From an uncultured Pelagibacteraceae bacterium (GTDB lineage: Bacteria > Pseudomonadota > Alphaproteobacteria > Pelagibacterales > AG-422-B15), in NCBI GenBank assembly GCA_902588785.1, contig CACIQL010000001.1, forward strand, positions 7,119 through 71,118: a stretch of 64,000 bases of DNA. Reading direction: 5' to 3'. A model generated the notes under the pieces. The model made no database searches. It was not told where the DNA came from and saw nothing but the letters and a program-made list of their open reading frames with translations. Position numbers and translations under genes: made by a program. Positions 1 to 12,056 of this stretch are shown piece after piece; position 1 is the stretch's first letter, and each line of letters starts with the position of its first letter.

Positions 1-918
1 AATTGAAGTACAAGATCTGGTCTCTGGATCTTTAGCTAGAAATTCAAAATTATCATGCTTATCAATCCAATTATTAACTAATTTTAAATTTGTTTCTGAT
101 ATATCAATTAATTTATTTAAACCGCCTAACTCTAAGCCCCAGTTAAGGGAATTTAATACATCTTCAACACTGATCATGGATGGAGTGTTTATTGTTGCTC
201 CAGAAAATATTCCTGAAATTAATTTTTGATTATTTGCTAGACGAAATATTTTTGGGATGGGCCATGGTGGAGTGAAAGTTTCAAGTCGTTCAACTGCACG
301 AGGTGATAAAATCAACATACCATGGGCAGCTTCGCTTCCTAAAACTTTTTGCCATGAGTAAGTAATCACATCTAATTTATGCCAATCCATGTGCATTGAA
401 AATACTGCAGATGTGGCATCACATATTGTTAATCCTTTTCTTTGATCACTTATCCAATCAGTATTTTTTATTCTTACTCCTGCGGTAGTACCATTCCATG
501 TAAAAACAATATCGTTGTCAGGATTGCTATCAGAAAAATCAGGAAGTTCCCCATATTCCGCTTTAATTAACTTTTTATCTTTTAGAGGCAGTTGTTCTCC
601 TGCGTCTATATTCCAGTCATGACCAAAATTTTCCCATGAATAAACTTCAACTCCTCTTTGACCAAGCATACACCACATAGCCATTTCAACAGCACCAGTA
701 TCAGATGTTGGAACGATACCAATTAAGTAGTCATCAGGAATTTCCAACAGTTGTCTTGACTTATCAATTACCTCTTGAAGTTTTTTAACAGCTGCGCCAG
801 ATCTGTGAGACCTTGAAAGAGCTGCATTTTTTAAATTATCAAACGACCATCCTGGAGGTTTGGCGCAGGGACCGGATGAAAAATAAGGATAATGAGGTTT
901 CTGAGTAGGCTTTTCCAT
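1..918 (-). CDS. serC: Phosphoserine aminotransferase, 5' part only (C-terminus runs off the window)
   Basis: Uninterrupted minus-strand frame from ATG at 918 to position 1 (306 codons, my own translation: MEKPTQKPHYPYFSSGPCAKPPGW...YSWQKVLGSEAAHGMLILSPRAVERL...). It resembles the ~380-aa alphaproteobacterial-type SerC, including the PLP-lysine context SWQKVLG. It is absent from the ORF track because no stop lies in the window. Confidence 0.8.
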   Translation of the reverse strand, partial: MEKPTQKPHYPYFSSGPCAKPPGWSFDNLKNAALSRSHRSGAAVKKLQEVIDKSRQLLEIPDDYLIGIVPTSDTGAVEMAMWCMLGQRGVEVYSWENFGHDWNIDAGEQLPLKDKKLIKAEYGELPDFSDSNPDNDIVFTWNGTTAGVRIKNTDWISDQRKGLTICDATSAVFSMHMDWHKLDVITYSWQKVLGSEAAHGMLILSPRAVERLETFTPPWPIPKIFRLANNQKLISGIFSGATINTPSMISVEDVLNSLNWGLELGGLNKLIDISETNLKLVNNWIDKHDNFEFLAKDPETRSCTSI

Positions 919-922
919 TAAA

Positions 923-2137
923 TTAAATATCCATAAGCAAATTAACCAAGCCATCTGCTGGCTTCGGATCAAAGTAAGTTGACTTTTTAGGGACAATTTT
1001 ACCTTTGTCTGCGATGGACATTATCTTTTTCATAGGTAAAGGGCAAATAAAAAATCCTATATCTGCCACACCTTTATCCACTTCATTTGCTAATTTTTTA
1101 TGATCAAATTTACCAGGAATATTCGACAAATTTACTAAAGAACAATTACATTGTTTTTTAATGATACTATTTATCATTATTTTCTCAACTATGTCAGTGT
1201 CAGTTTCATATTTAGTATAGAGTTTTTTATTTGAGGTGAGTGAGACATTGTACCAAGTTTTATTTAAATATATCATCACACTGCCTAGGTCACACGGATT
1301 TTTAAATTTTAATTTTTTTTCTAGCTTAAACTTTTTCTTTAAGGCCTGAATTATTTTTTGTTGATTAAAATTTTTAAATTTAGCTAGTCGATGAAAGCTC
1401 AATATATTGACAGAATGCTCATCAAATATTGCCGCAAGAAGGTTTATTTTTTCTTTTTTATTTTTATTAAGATTTTTCTTTTTGTTTAAATTTTCAATAG
1501 CGGAGTACCTGTGATGCCCATCAGCGATATAAAATTTCTGAATTTTTGATAATTTCTTTCTCAAAGATCGAATTTCATTTTTTTCACTTACTTTCCAAAG
1601 AGATCTGGTTGTACCGCCTGGCGACTTAAATTTATAAAGAGGTTTTTTTCTTTCGTATTTTTTAAAATCAATGTATCTGCTATTTTGATTTTTATAGGAT
1701 AAATAAACTGGACCTATTTGCATTTTTGTGTGTTCAATTGTTTCCATAATAGAATTCGATCGTGCTTTGAATATTGCTTCATGTTTCAGAATTTGATTAT
1801 TCCCTTCCTCGAACTCTATTGATGCAACTATACCAAACTGTTTCTTATTATATTTATTTAAACAATATACATAAAAACATTCTTCCTTCTCCTGAAAAAT
1901 AATATTGTTCTTAATCATGGACTCTAAGTGCTCGTATGCGTGCTTTTTTGAATTTTTTTTGGTAATGTTAGGGTAAAATGCTTTTGGGCTTACTACGTTT
2001 AAGAAATTATATTCTGACTCTTTTAAGATTTTATTTAGCTGTTTGTTCGTTAAATTATCAAAAGTTGGCAATACCACTTCCTCAACTCTTTTCCGTAAAG
2101 GCCTATAGGCTTTGAATGGTTTTATTGATAAGGTCAT
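923..2137 (-). CDS. DUF1015 (COG4198) family protein of unknown function
   Basis: 404-aa ORF with the IADGHHRY motif typical of DUF1015 proteins. Its stop lies 4 nt from the serC start on the same strand, suggesting co-transcription. Confidence 0.65.
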   Translation of the reverse strand: MTLSIKPFKAYRPLRKRVEEVVLPTFDNLTNKQLNKILKESEYNFLNVVSPKAFYPNITKKNSKKHAYEHLESMIKNNIIFQEKEECFYVYCLNKYNKKQFGIVASIEFEEGNNQILKHEAIFKARSNSIMETIEHTKMQIGPVYLSYKNQNSRYIDFKKYERKKPLYKFKSPGGTTRSLWKVSEKNEIRSLRKKLSKIQKFYIADGHHRYSAIENLNKKKNLNKNKKEKINLLAAIFDEHSVNILSFHRLAKFKNFNQQKIIQALKKKFKLEKKLKFKNPCDLGSVMIYLNKTWYNVSLTSNKKLYTKYETDTDIVEKIMINSIIKKQCNCSLVNLSNIPGKFDHKKLANEVDKGVADIGFFICPLPMKKIMSIADKGKIVPKKSTYFDPKPADGLVNLLMDI

Positions 2138-2239
2138 ATTTATTTATTTGATAAAACGCTGATTAAGTAGGGTATTTATATGTATATTTTATGCATAAAT
2201 CTCGCAGATTTTAAGTTTTTTTATCTGAAATTATGGCTA

Positions 2240-2267
2240 TTGACATAAGAAAAGTGACGTTTATATT
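2240..2267 (+). promoter_or_regulatory. Candidate sigma-70-type promoter for rplU-rpmA-obg
   Basis: TTGACA (2240-2245), 16-nt spacer, TATATT (2262-2267), 35 nt upstream of the rplU ATG in a 165-nt divergent spacer. Confidence 0.4.
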
Positions 2268-2302
2268 CAGGCCACTTTTAATATCAAATAGTAATTTCTA
2301 TT

Positions 2303-2737
2303 ATGTTTGCGATTATTTCAACTGGCGGAAAGCAGTATAAAGTTAGCGAAAACACTATGTTGAGTGTGAGCAAAATTGATGGCAAAGATGGTGATAAGAT
2401 CACTATCGATGATGTCCTTTTCGCTTGTGATAAAGAACAATTTTCTGTGGGATCTCCACAAATCAGTGGAGCGAAAGTTAATGCTGAAATTGTTAAACAA
2501 GACAGAGATAGAAAAATTTTAGTATTTAAGAAGAAGAGAAGAAAAAACTATCGAAGACTTAATGGTCACAGACAGGATATAACTTTTTTAAAAATTAATT
2601 CACTTGATATACCTGGATTTACTTCAAAAAAAGCTGTGAAGAAAGCAAGTGATACGAAGTTAGAAACTGAGAAGAAAACAGTTACAAAAAAGAAAACTAC
2701 AGTTAAAAAGAAAACTGTGAAAAAAAAGGATAGCTAA
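2303..2737 (+). CDS. rplU: 50S ribosomal protein L21 with lysine-rich C-terminal extension
   Basis: N-terminus [17 protein letters not shown]... is canonical L21. It lies directly upstream of rpmA. The ~40-aa tail is [36 protein letters not shown]. Confidence 0.95.
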   Translation: MFAIISTGGKQYKVSENTMLSVSKIDGKDGDKITIDDVLFACDKEQFSVGSPQISGAKVNAEIVKQDRDRKILVFKKKRRKNYRRLNGHRQDITFLKINSLDIPGFTSKKAVKKASDTKLETEKKTVTKKKTTVKKKTVKKKDS

Positions 2738-2739
2738 TA

Positions 2740-2997
2740 ATGGCAACTAAAAAAGCTGGCGGCTCATCGAGAAACGGAAGAGACTCAGCTGGAAGAAGAT
2801 TGGGTATAAAGAAATACAGTGGTCAAACTGTAATACCTGGTAACATCATAGCTAGACAAAGGGGTACTAAATGGCACCCAGGTGATAATGTAGGCCTTGG
2901 AAAAGATCATACAATTTTTTCACTTGTTGATGGCTTTGTAAAGTTTGGTAAGAAAAAAAACGGAAAAACATTTATTTCTGTTGTTCCCAAACAGTAA
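2740..2997 (+). CDS. rpmA: 50S ribosomal protein L27
   Basis: [25 protein letters not shown]... is canonical L27. Conserved rplU-rpmA-obg order. Confidence 0.97.
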   Translation: MATKKAGGSSRNGRDSAGRRLGIKKYSGQTVIPGNIIARQRGTKWHPGDNVGLGKDHTIFSLVDGFVKFGKKKNGKTFISVVPKQ

Positions 2998-3016
2998 ATC
3001 TAAATCTTTTTTCTAA

Positions 3017-4006
<990 letters not shown>

Positions 4007-5116
4007 ATGAAATTAGAACAAACAAATAGAATTATTATCAAGATTGGATCTGCACTTCTATTCAATGAAACTTCGGGAAGTCTTAATAAAGAATGGCTTA
4101 ATAGTCTTGCTGAAGATGTTAAATATTTAAGAGAAAATGATAAAGAGGTTATAATTGTTTCTTCTGGAGCAATTGCGATGGGCGCAAAAGATTTAGATCT
4201 TGATATGAAAAATATGAAGATGGATATGAATCAAGCTGTATCTGCTGTGGGCCAAATACATTTGATGGGCTCATTTAAGAGTGCCTTTGAAAAAAATGAA
4301 ATTAAAATTTCGCAAATTCTTCTTACCTTAGATGATACTGAACAAAGAAGAAGATCAATAAATGCCAGAAGAACAATAGATACATTATTAAAATTGGGTA
4401 TTGTTCCAGTCGTAAATGAAAATGATACAATTGCGACAAGCGAAATAAGATATGGGGACAATGATAGACTTGCATCAAGAGTGGCTCAAATAACAAGTGC
4501 AGATTGTCTTATTTTATTATCTAATATTAATGGCCTTTATTCTGCTGATCCTAGTACTGATGAGGATGTAAAATTGATAAACAAGGTAAGTGAAATTGAT
4601 AAGGATATTGAAAAAATGATTGGGCAATCAATTTCGGATTACGGAAAAGGTGGAATGAAGACAAAAATTCAAGCCGCAAAGACAGCTATGCTATCAGGCT
4701 GTCACTTAGCAATTACTAATGGTTCTATAATGAGACCTGTAAAGTCCTTATTTGAGGGACGTCCATGTACATGGTTTGAACCAACTAAGACCCCCTTGGC
4801 AGCACGCAAGCAATGGATCGCGGGAACAATGAAGCCCGTAGGTAAGATAATAATTGATGATGGAGCTGTTGATGCACTTAAAAAAGGAAGCAGTCTCTTA
4901 CCGGCTGGTGTAAAGTCAGTAGAGGGAAACTTTGAGAGAGGAGATGTTATTGAAGTATTGTCGTCTGACCAAAATAAAATAGGTATAGGGTTAGCAGGTT
5001 ACGCTGCAGAAGAAAGTATTAAAATTATGGGACACAAAAGTGATGAAATAGCTAACATTCTAAGTTACTCTTACAGAGAAGAAATGATACATAAGGACGA
5101 TTTAGTTTTGATATGA
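4007..5116 (+). CDS. proB: Glutamate 5-kinase
   Basis: 369 aa. Amino-acid kinase N-domain (IIKIGSALL, VSSGAIAMG, NENDT) plus a C-terminal PUA-like region. Starts 1 nt after the obg stop and overlaps proA. Confidence 0.93.
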   Translation: MKLEQTNRIIIKIGSALLFNETSGSLNKEWLNSLAEDVKYLRENDKEVIIVSSGAIAMGAKDLDLDMKNMKMDMNQAVSAVGQIHLMGSFKSAFEKNEIKISQILLTLDDTEQRRRSINARRTIDTLLKLGIVPVVNENDTIATSEIRYGDNDRLASRVAQITSADCLILLSNINGLYSADPSTDEDVKLINKVSEIDKDIEKMIGQSISDYGKGGMKTKIQAAKTAMLSGCHLAITNGSIMRPVKSLFEGRPCTWFEPTKTPLAARKQWIAGTMKPVGKIIIDDGAVDALKKGSSLLPAGVKSVEGNFERGDVIEVLSSDQNKIGIGLAGYAAEESIKIMGHKSDEIANILSYSYREEMIHKDDLVLI

Positions 5117-6369
5117 GTATTGAATTAGAATTAGAAAAGATGGGTGAAAACAGTGTTAGGGCCTCAAAAGACATTAGGTCTTTGAACGAAAGAGATAAAA
5201 ATAATATTTTAAAATCAATTATAGTAAGTTTAGAAAAAAATAAAAAAAATATCCTAAATGCTAATTCATTAGATATTAGTAACTCTGAAAATAGTCTTTC
5301 AAAAGCAATGGTTGATCGACTTATGCTAGATGACGAACGATTTGATGGAATATTGTCGTCAATTGAAAATGTTATTTCTTTAGAAGATCCAGTTGGAAAC
5401 AAACTTTATTCTAATAAAAGGCCAAATGGAATGTTAGTTGAAAGAGTGTCTGTTCCTCTTGGTGTTATTGGAATTATTTATGAAAGCAGACCAAACGTTA
5501 CAGTTGATGCGACAGTTTTATGTCTAAAAGCTGGCAATAGTGTAATACTCAGAGGAGGATCTGAGTGCTTTAACACTAACTCAGAAATGGTAAAATCGAT
5601 ACAAGGGGCTTTAAAGGAAAATTCTGTTAGCGAAAATATTGTTCAATATGTAAGCACCACAGATAGAGCGGCAGTAGATTACATGCTTGCTAAAATGGGA
5701 AAATATATTGATGTTGTAGTACCTAGAGGCGGTAAAGGTTTAGTAAAAAAAGTTCAAGACACCGCAAAAATACCTGTTATTGGACATCTCGATGGAATAT
5801 GTCACTTATATGTTGATGAAACATCAGATACAGAAATAGCAAGCAAAATCATAGAAAATGCAAAATTGAGAAGAACTGGAATTTGTGGTGCAGCTGAAAC
5901 TATATTAATAGATGAAAACTGTGTCGACACTCATTTACCAAAAATTATTACTGATTTAATTAATGGGGGCTGTGAAGTTAGAGGAGATAATGTTTGTATG
6001 AAAATCTCAGACAAAGTTCTAAAAGCATCCGAAGAAGATTGGGGTACAGAATATTTAGATGCAATAATATCTATAAAGACTGTTAAAGGGGTAGATGAAG
6101 CAATAGAACATATTGCTACATATGGATCAGGTCATACAGAGAGTATTATTTCTGAAGACAAAGAGAAAGTTGAAAAGTTTTTAAATACCGTAGGTAGTGC
6201 AATTGTTATGCATAACACCTCAACACAATTTGCAGATGGAGGCGAATTTGGTTTAGGTGCTGAAATAGGAATTGCTACCGGCAAATTGCACGCTAGAGGG
6301 CCAGTTGGATTAGAAGGGCTGACAACTTATAAATATATAGTGAGAGGAAATGGACAGGTTAGACCGTAA
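5113..6369 (+). CDS. proA: Gamma-glutamyl phosphate reductase
   Basis: 418 aa aldehyde-dehydrogenase-type protein (IYESRPNVT, catalytic-Cys context GICGAAETILID, GSGHTESII). ATGA overlap with proB. Confidence 0.93.
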   Translation: MSIELELEKMGENSVRASKDIRSLNERDKNNILKSIIVSLEKNKKNILNANSLDISNSENSLSKAMVDRLMLDDERFDGILSSIENVISLEDPVGNKLYSNKRPNGMLVERVSVPLGVIGIIYESRPNVTVDATVLCLKAGNSVILRGGSECFNTNSEMVKSIQGALKENSVSENIVQYVSTTDRAAVDYMLAKMGKYIDVVVPRGGKGLVKKVQDTAKIPVIGHLDGICHLYVDETSDTEIASKIIENAKLRRTGICGAAETILIDENCVDTHLPKIITDLINGGCEVRGDNVCMKISDKVLKASEEDWGTEYLDAIISIKTVKGVDEAIEHIATYGSGHTESIISEDKEKVEKFLNTVGSAIVMHNTSTQFADGGEFGLGAEIGIATGKLHARGPVGLEGLTTYKYIVRGNGQVRP

Positions 6370-6927
6370 ATGAAAATTGGCATTTTAGGAAGTTCATTTA
6401 ATCCAGCACATTTAGGACATTTAAAATTATCAGACAAGGCAATTCAAATTTTTGATCTTGATGAAGTCTGGTGGATGATCACAAAGCAAAATCCATTGAA
6501 GGAAAAAAATGATTATATGTCATTTGAAGATAGAAATAATCAAGCAAAAAAACTAATAGGCAATAACAATATTAAACTGAAATTTTTTGAGGATATTACT
6601 AACTCAAATTATTTAATTGATAATTTGAGACATATCAAATCTAACTTTACCGAGGATGAGTTCATATTTTTAATGGGTAGTGACTCATTTGAAGAAATGG
6701 ATAAATGGAAAAATTATTTAGATATTTTTAATCAAATGCCTATTGCTGTATTTAATCGTAATGAAAAATTATATAATCCACTTACTTCTATAGTTGCGGA
6801 AAAATTTAAAAACAACCAAATAAAATTGTCTGATGCAAAGTTGATATTTACCAAATCACCTGCTTGGATATTTATTCGTGACTTCAATGTAAGTGAGTCA
6901 TCAACTGCCATTAGAAATAATAAATGA
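6370..6927 (+). CDS. nadD: Nicotinate-nucleotide adenylyltransferase
   Basis: GILGSSFNPAHLGHL (HxGH nucleotidyltransferase motif) and a C-terminal SSTAIR motif. Conserved proA-nadD-rsfS order. Confidence 0.85.
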   Translation: MKIGILGSSFNPAHLGHLKLSDKAIQIFDLDEVWWMITKQNPLKEKNDYMSFEDRNNQAKKLIGNNNIKLKFFEDITNSNYLIDNLRHIKSNFTEDEFIFLMGSDSFEEMDKWKNYLDIFNQMPIAVFNRNEKLYNPLTSIVAEKFKNNQIKLSDAKLIFTKSPAWIFIRDFNVSESSTAIRNNK

Positions 6928-7247
6928 CCCAAATACTAAAAAAAATATTAAGTGATTTAGAGGATAATAAGGCTCTGGATATAGTCTCAATAGATATATC
7001 TAAAAAAACTTCACTAGCTGACCACTTAGTATTTGCAACTGGAACATCAAATAGACATATAAACGCGATTTCCCAATCAGTTCATAAAATGCTTAAAAGT
7101 CTAAATATTACACTGCCATCAATTGAGGGAAACCAAGACAGTGGCTGGATAGTAATTGATAGTGGTGACGTTATTATACATTTATTCAAAGATGAAATTA
7201 GAAAATTTTATAACTTAGAAAATATGTGGTCCGCAGAAATTGAATAA
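6924..7247 (+). CDS. rsfS: Ribosome silencing factor RsfS
   Basis: 107 aa with DHLVFATGTSNRHINAI and GWIVIDSGDVIIHLF, typical of the RsfS/IojAP family. Overlaps the nadD stop. Confidence 0.85.
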   Translation: MTQILKKILSDLEDNKALDIVSIDISKKTSLADHLVFATGTSNRHINAISQSVHKMLKSLNITLPSIEGNQDSGWIVIDSGDVIIHLFKDEIRKFYNLENMWSAEIE

Positions 7248-7258
7248 TTGATCCTTAA

Positions 7259-7693
7259 ATGAAAATTGAAATTCTACATTTTGATAAATTTAAATTTGAT
7301 CATGAAGAACAACTTCATGATATTTATATAAAACGTATTTCACAATTTAGAAATATTATAACTGATATAAAAACAGTAAAAATTAATAATAAAGGAATTG
7401 AAAATAGAATAGTTAAAAAGAAGGCCAATGAGTGTTTTGTAAGCCTTGATGAGAAAGGTGAGCATTTTTCAACTGAAGAATTAAAAGTATTCTTATTTAA
7501 TAATAATTTCAAATACTTGAAATTTATTGTTGGCAGTACTGATGGTATTCAGAAAGGTATACTTGAAAAAAGTAATAAGGTTATTTCCTTGAGTAAAATG
7601 ACATTAACACACTCATTTGCACTAATAATTTTATTAGAACAAATATATAGATCTGCTACTATTGTATCTAATCATCCATATCATAGAGTTTAA
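7259..7693 (+). CDS. rlmH: 23S rRNA (pseudouridine1915-N3)-methyltransferase RlmH
   Basis: 144-aa SPOUT-type protein ending ...LLEQIYRSATIVSNHPYHR. Follows rsfS as in many bacteria. Confidence 0.8.
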   Translation: MKIEILHFDKFKFDHEEQLHDIYIKRISQFRNIITDIKTVKINNKGIENRIVKKKANECFVSLDEKGEHFSTEELKVFLFNNNFKYLKFIVGSTDGIQKGILEKSNKVISLSKMTLTHSFALIILLEQIYRSATIVSNHPYHRV

Positions 7694-7695
7694 AA

Positions 7696-8850
7696 ATGAA
7701 AATTTTGTTTATTACACTATCGTTTGTTATATCACTTTTTAGCTTTAATTATATCTCTGCAAATAACCAAGATCTTTATAAAAAATTGGATGTCTTTGGG
7801 GATGTTTTTGACATCATAAAAAGTAATTATGTCGAGGATATAGATGACGAGAAGGTAATTGAATACGCAATTAACGGCATGCTTCAATCATTGGATCCAT
7901 TTTCAAGCTATATGGATTCAGAAATTTATACTGATATGCAAGAAGAAACTAAAGGCGAATTTGGGGGACTTGGAATTGAGGTAACAATGGAAAACGGGTA
8001 TGTAAAAGTAATTTCCCCAATTGATGATACTCCGGCTGCGAGAGCAGGATTGCGCCCTGGTGATTATATTACACACATTGATGAAATTGACGTGCTTGGA
8101 TTAACACTAAGTGAAGCTGTTGAACTTTTACGAGGGCCTGTAGGTAAATCATTAACAATAAAAGTGGTTAGAATCGGAGAAGATGACCCCATAGATGTGA
8201 CATTAAAAAGGGCGGTTATAACTGTACAAGCGGTTAAATTTAAAGCTGAAGGGAACATTGGGTACATAAGATTAATTTCATTTAGCGAACAAGCCGATAA
8301 AGGAATTAGAAATGCTGTAAAAGAATTATCAAACAGTATCGGAAAAAATAATGTTGAAGGGTACATAATTGATTTAAGGAATAATCCTGGCGGTTTATTG
8401 GATCAATCGGCAAAAGTTACAAATAACTTCCTAAAATCTGGTGAAATTGTATCAATAAAGGGAAGAGATAAAAATGATATATCAAGATTTACAGCGTCAG
8501 GCGGGGACATTACGAACAATAAGCCAATTATTGTTCTTATAAATCAGGGATCCGCATCAGCCTCCGAAATTGTTGCAGGTGCGCTTCAAGATCACAAACG
8601 CGCGATTATCCTTGGAGAACAATCATACGGAAAGGGATCAGTTCAAACAATCTTTCCATTAAAAGACTCTAGTGCCATCAGAATGACAACAGCGCTTTAT
8701 TATACACCCTCTGGTGACTCTATTCATAGAGTTGGAATAACTCCAGATATTGAAGTTGAATATATTTATGATGAGGACGAAGAAACCGATAATCAGTTAA
8801 ATTATGCTCTAGATCTTTTTGATAAAGAAAAGATGTTTGAATATAATTAA
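7696..8850 (+). CDS. ctpA: Carboxy-terminal processing peptidase (S41 family)
   Basis: Signal peptide, PDZ region (GGLGIEV...SPIDDTPAARAGLRPGD), and S41 motifs RNNPGGLL, GSASASEI, SYGKGSVQ. Confidence 0.88.
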   Translation: MKILFITLSFVISLFSFNYISANNQDLYKKLDVFGDVFDIIKSNYVEDIDDEKVIEYAINGMLQSLDPFSSYMDSEIYTDMQEETKGEFGGLGIEVTMENGYVKVISPIDDTPAARAGLRPGDYITHIDEIDVLGLTLSEAVELLRGPVGKSLTIKVVRIGEDDPIDVTLKRAVITVQAVKFKAEGNIGYIRLISFSEQADKGIRNAVKELSNSIGKNNVEGYIIDLRNNPGGLLDQSAKVTNNFLKSGEIVSIKGRDKNDISRFTASGGDITNNKPIIVLINQGSASASEIVAGALQDHKRAIILGEQSYGKGSVQTIFPLKDSSAIRMTTALYYTPSGDSIHRVGITPDIEVEYIYDEDEETDNQLNYALDLFDKEKMFEYN

Positions 8851-8871
8851 TATTTTCATCAACAGAACAGA

Positions 8872-9342
8872 ATGGATCAAAAACCAAGATATAGAAGAGG
8901 AGTTGGAATGATCATTCTCAACTCTAAGAAACAAATTTTTATTGGACAGAGATTTGATAAAGATAAATCAGCTTGGCAGATGCCACAAGGTGGAATTGAT
9001 AAAGGGGAAAGTCCTGCAAAAGCTGTTATACGAGAAATGAAAGAGGAAACTGGAATTAAAAAAAATTATAAAATTATATATGAATGTAAAACTTGGTATT
9101 TTTATAAACTTCCTTCTTATTTAAGAAAAAAACTTTGGAAAGGTAGATTTATTGGTCAAAAACAAAAATGGTTTATAATAAGTTTTACTGGAAAAGATGA
9201 AGATATAAATATTAAAACAAAAAAACCGGAATTTAAGAAATGGGAATGGTCTACACAAAATAATATACTAAAAAAAATCGTTCCCTTTAAAAGAAGACTT
9301 TATACAAGCATATTTAAAGAGATTAATAATATTGATGGTTAA
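8872..9342 (+). CDS. rppH: RNA pyrophosphohydrolase (Nudix)
   Basis: Complete Nudix box GGIDKGESPAKAVIREMKEETGI. RppH-like N-terminus YRRGVGMIILN. Confidence 0.85.
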   Translation: MDQKPRYRRGVGMIILNSKKQIFIGQRFDKDKSAWQMPQGGIDKGESPAKAVIREMKEETGIKKNYKIIYECKTWYFYKLPSYLRKKLWKGRFIGQKQKWFIISFTGKDEDINIKTKKPEFKKWEWSTQNNILKKIVPFKRRLYTSIFKEINNIDG

Positions 9343-9725
9343 TTTAAAAGAAGTTTTAAACTATCAATTTTTTTCTGAATTTTCATTTTTTGGGCTTCAT
9401 CAGCAGCATCAAGAGCTGAAGAATAATTCTCAATTTTATCATTAATAAAATCATTATTCAAAGCAGCTTCTTCATCCAAACCCACAGCTATAACAAGTAG
9501 CTCGTTGTTAGAGAATTTAATAAAGCCCTCTTCAACAAACAATGATTGTGTTTGATCTGAATTAGTTACTTTTATGATTCCTGGCCTAAGAGAGGTAATA
9601 ATATTTGAGTGATTTGGAAGCACTCCAAGATCACCTTCCGCGCCAGGTAAGACAACCATTTGAGCATCACCCTCAAGATATATTTTTTCAGGCGTTACTA
9701 ATTTATAGTTAAATTGATCAGACAT
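9339..9725 (-). CDS. atpC: F1 ATP synthase epsilon subunit
   Basis: 128 aa. Last gene of the atpHAGDC cluster. LVTPEKIYLEGDAQMVVLPGAEGDLGVLPNH is typical of epsilon. Confidence 0.9.
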   Translation of the reverse strand: MSDQFNYKLVTPEKIYLEGDAQMVVLPGAEGDLGVLPNHSNIITSLRPGIIKVTNSDQTQSLFVEEGFIKFSNNELLVIAVGLDEEAALNNDFINDKIENYSSALDAADEAQKMKIQKKIDSLKLLLN

Positions 9726-9730
9726 TCAAG

Positions 9731-11167
<1,437 letters not shown>

Positions 11168-11171
11168 TTAA

Positions 11172-12056
11172 TTAAACTGCTTCTGCTCCAGAAATTATCT
11201 CAATAAGCTCTTTAGTAATAACAGCTTGTCTGGAACGGTTATAAAATAGTGTTAAATTATCAATCATATCAGACGCGTTTCTTGATGCATTATCCATAGC
11301 GCTCATTCTGGCACCTTGTTCGCTAGCTGCACTTTCTAGTAAAGCTTTAAATATTTGTATTGTAAAGTTCAGCGGGAGTAGTTCATCGAGTATTTCACTC
11401 TCGCCAGGCTCAAATTCAAAAAAAGTATTGTCATTTTTTGTTGTATCTGACTCGTTTTCAGGAATATCAATTGGAACAATTTGTTGTTCAGTTGGAATCT
11501 GTGATATTACTGATTTAAACTTATTATAAAAGATAGAACATTTATCAAATTCTTCGTCAAAATACATTTTTATTATTTTGTCAGCTATATTTTTTGCATC
11601 CTGATAAGAAGCAGACTTAACAGATCTCATATCAACAACTTCGACAATTTTTTCTTCATGCTGTCTTTTAATAATGTCATAACCTTTTTTCCCGACACAA
11701 ATAATTTTTACTTGTTTGCCTGACTCCTCAAGACTTGCTACTTTATCTCGGAGTGATTTAGTGACAATTGAATTAAATCCACCACACAGTCCTCTCTCAG
11801 ATGTAAAAAGGATCAACATATGAATTGAGTCCTTATTATCTCCGGTTAACAAATTTCTTTCATTTGAAGTTGGAGAGTACCCAGATGATATAGATGATAT
11901 AAGACCTTCCATGGTCTCAGAATAAGGACGACTTGACTCAGCAGATTCTTGGGCACGCCGTAATTTTGCAGCAGCAACCATTTTCATGGCTTTAGTTATT
12001 TTTTGAGTAGACTTAACGCTACCAATTCGTTTTTTTAGATCGTCTAAACTTGGCAT
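11172..12056 (-). CDS. atpG: F1 ATP synthase gamma subunit
   Basis: 294 aa. N-terminus LKKRIGSVKSTQKITKAMKMVAAAKLRRAQ and C-terminus ITKELIEIISGAEA are canonical gamma. Confidence 0.95.
   Translation of the reverse strand: MPSLDDLKKRIGSVKSTQKITKAMKMVAAAKLRRAQESAESSRPYSETMEGLISSISSGYSPTSNERNLLTGDNKDSIHMLILFTSERGLCGGFNSIVTKSLRDKVASLEESGKQVKIICVGKKGYDIIKRQHEEKIVEVVDMRSVKSASYQDAKNIADKIIKMYFDEEFDKCSIFYNKFKSVISQIPTEQQIVPIDIPENESDTTKNDNTFFEFEPGESEILDELLPLNFTIQIFKALLESAASEQGARMSAMDNASRNASDMIDNLTLFYNRSRQAVITKELIEIISGAEAV

Noticed and set aside
2138-2302. A possible ribosomal-protein leader or riboswitch upstream of rplU.
   Set aside because: The spacer is very AT-rich with no stable helices that I could find. 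Only a promoter-like TTGACA-N16-TATATT stands out.
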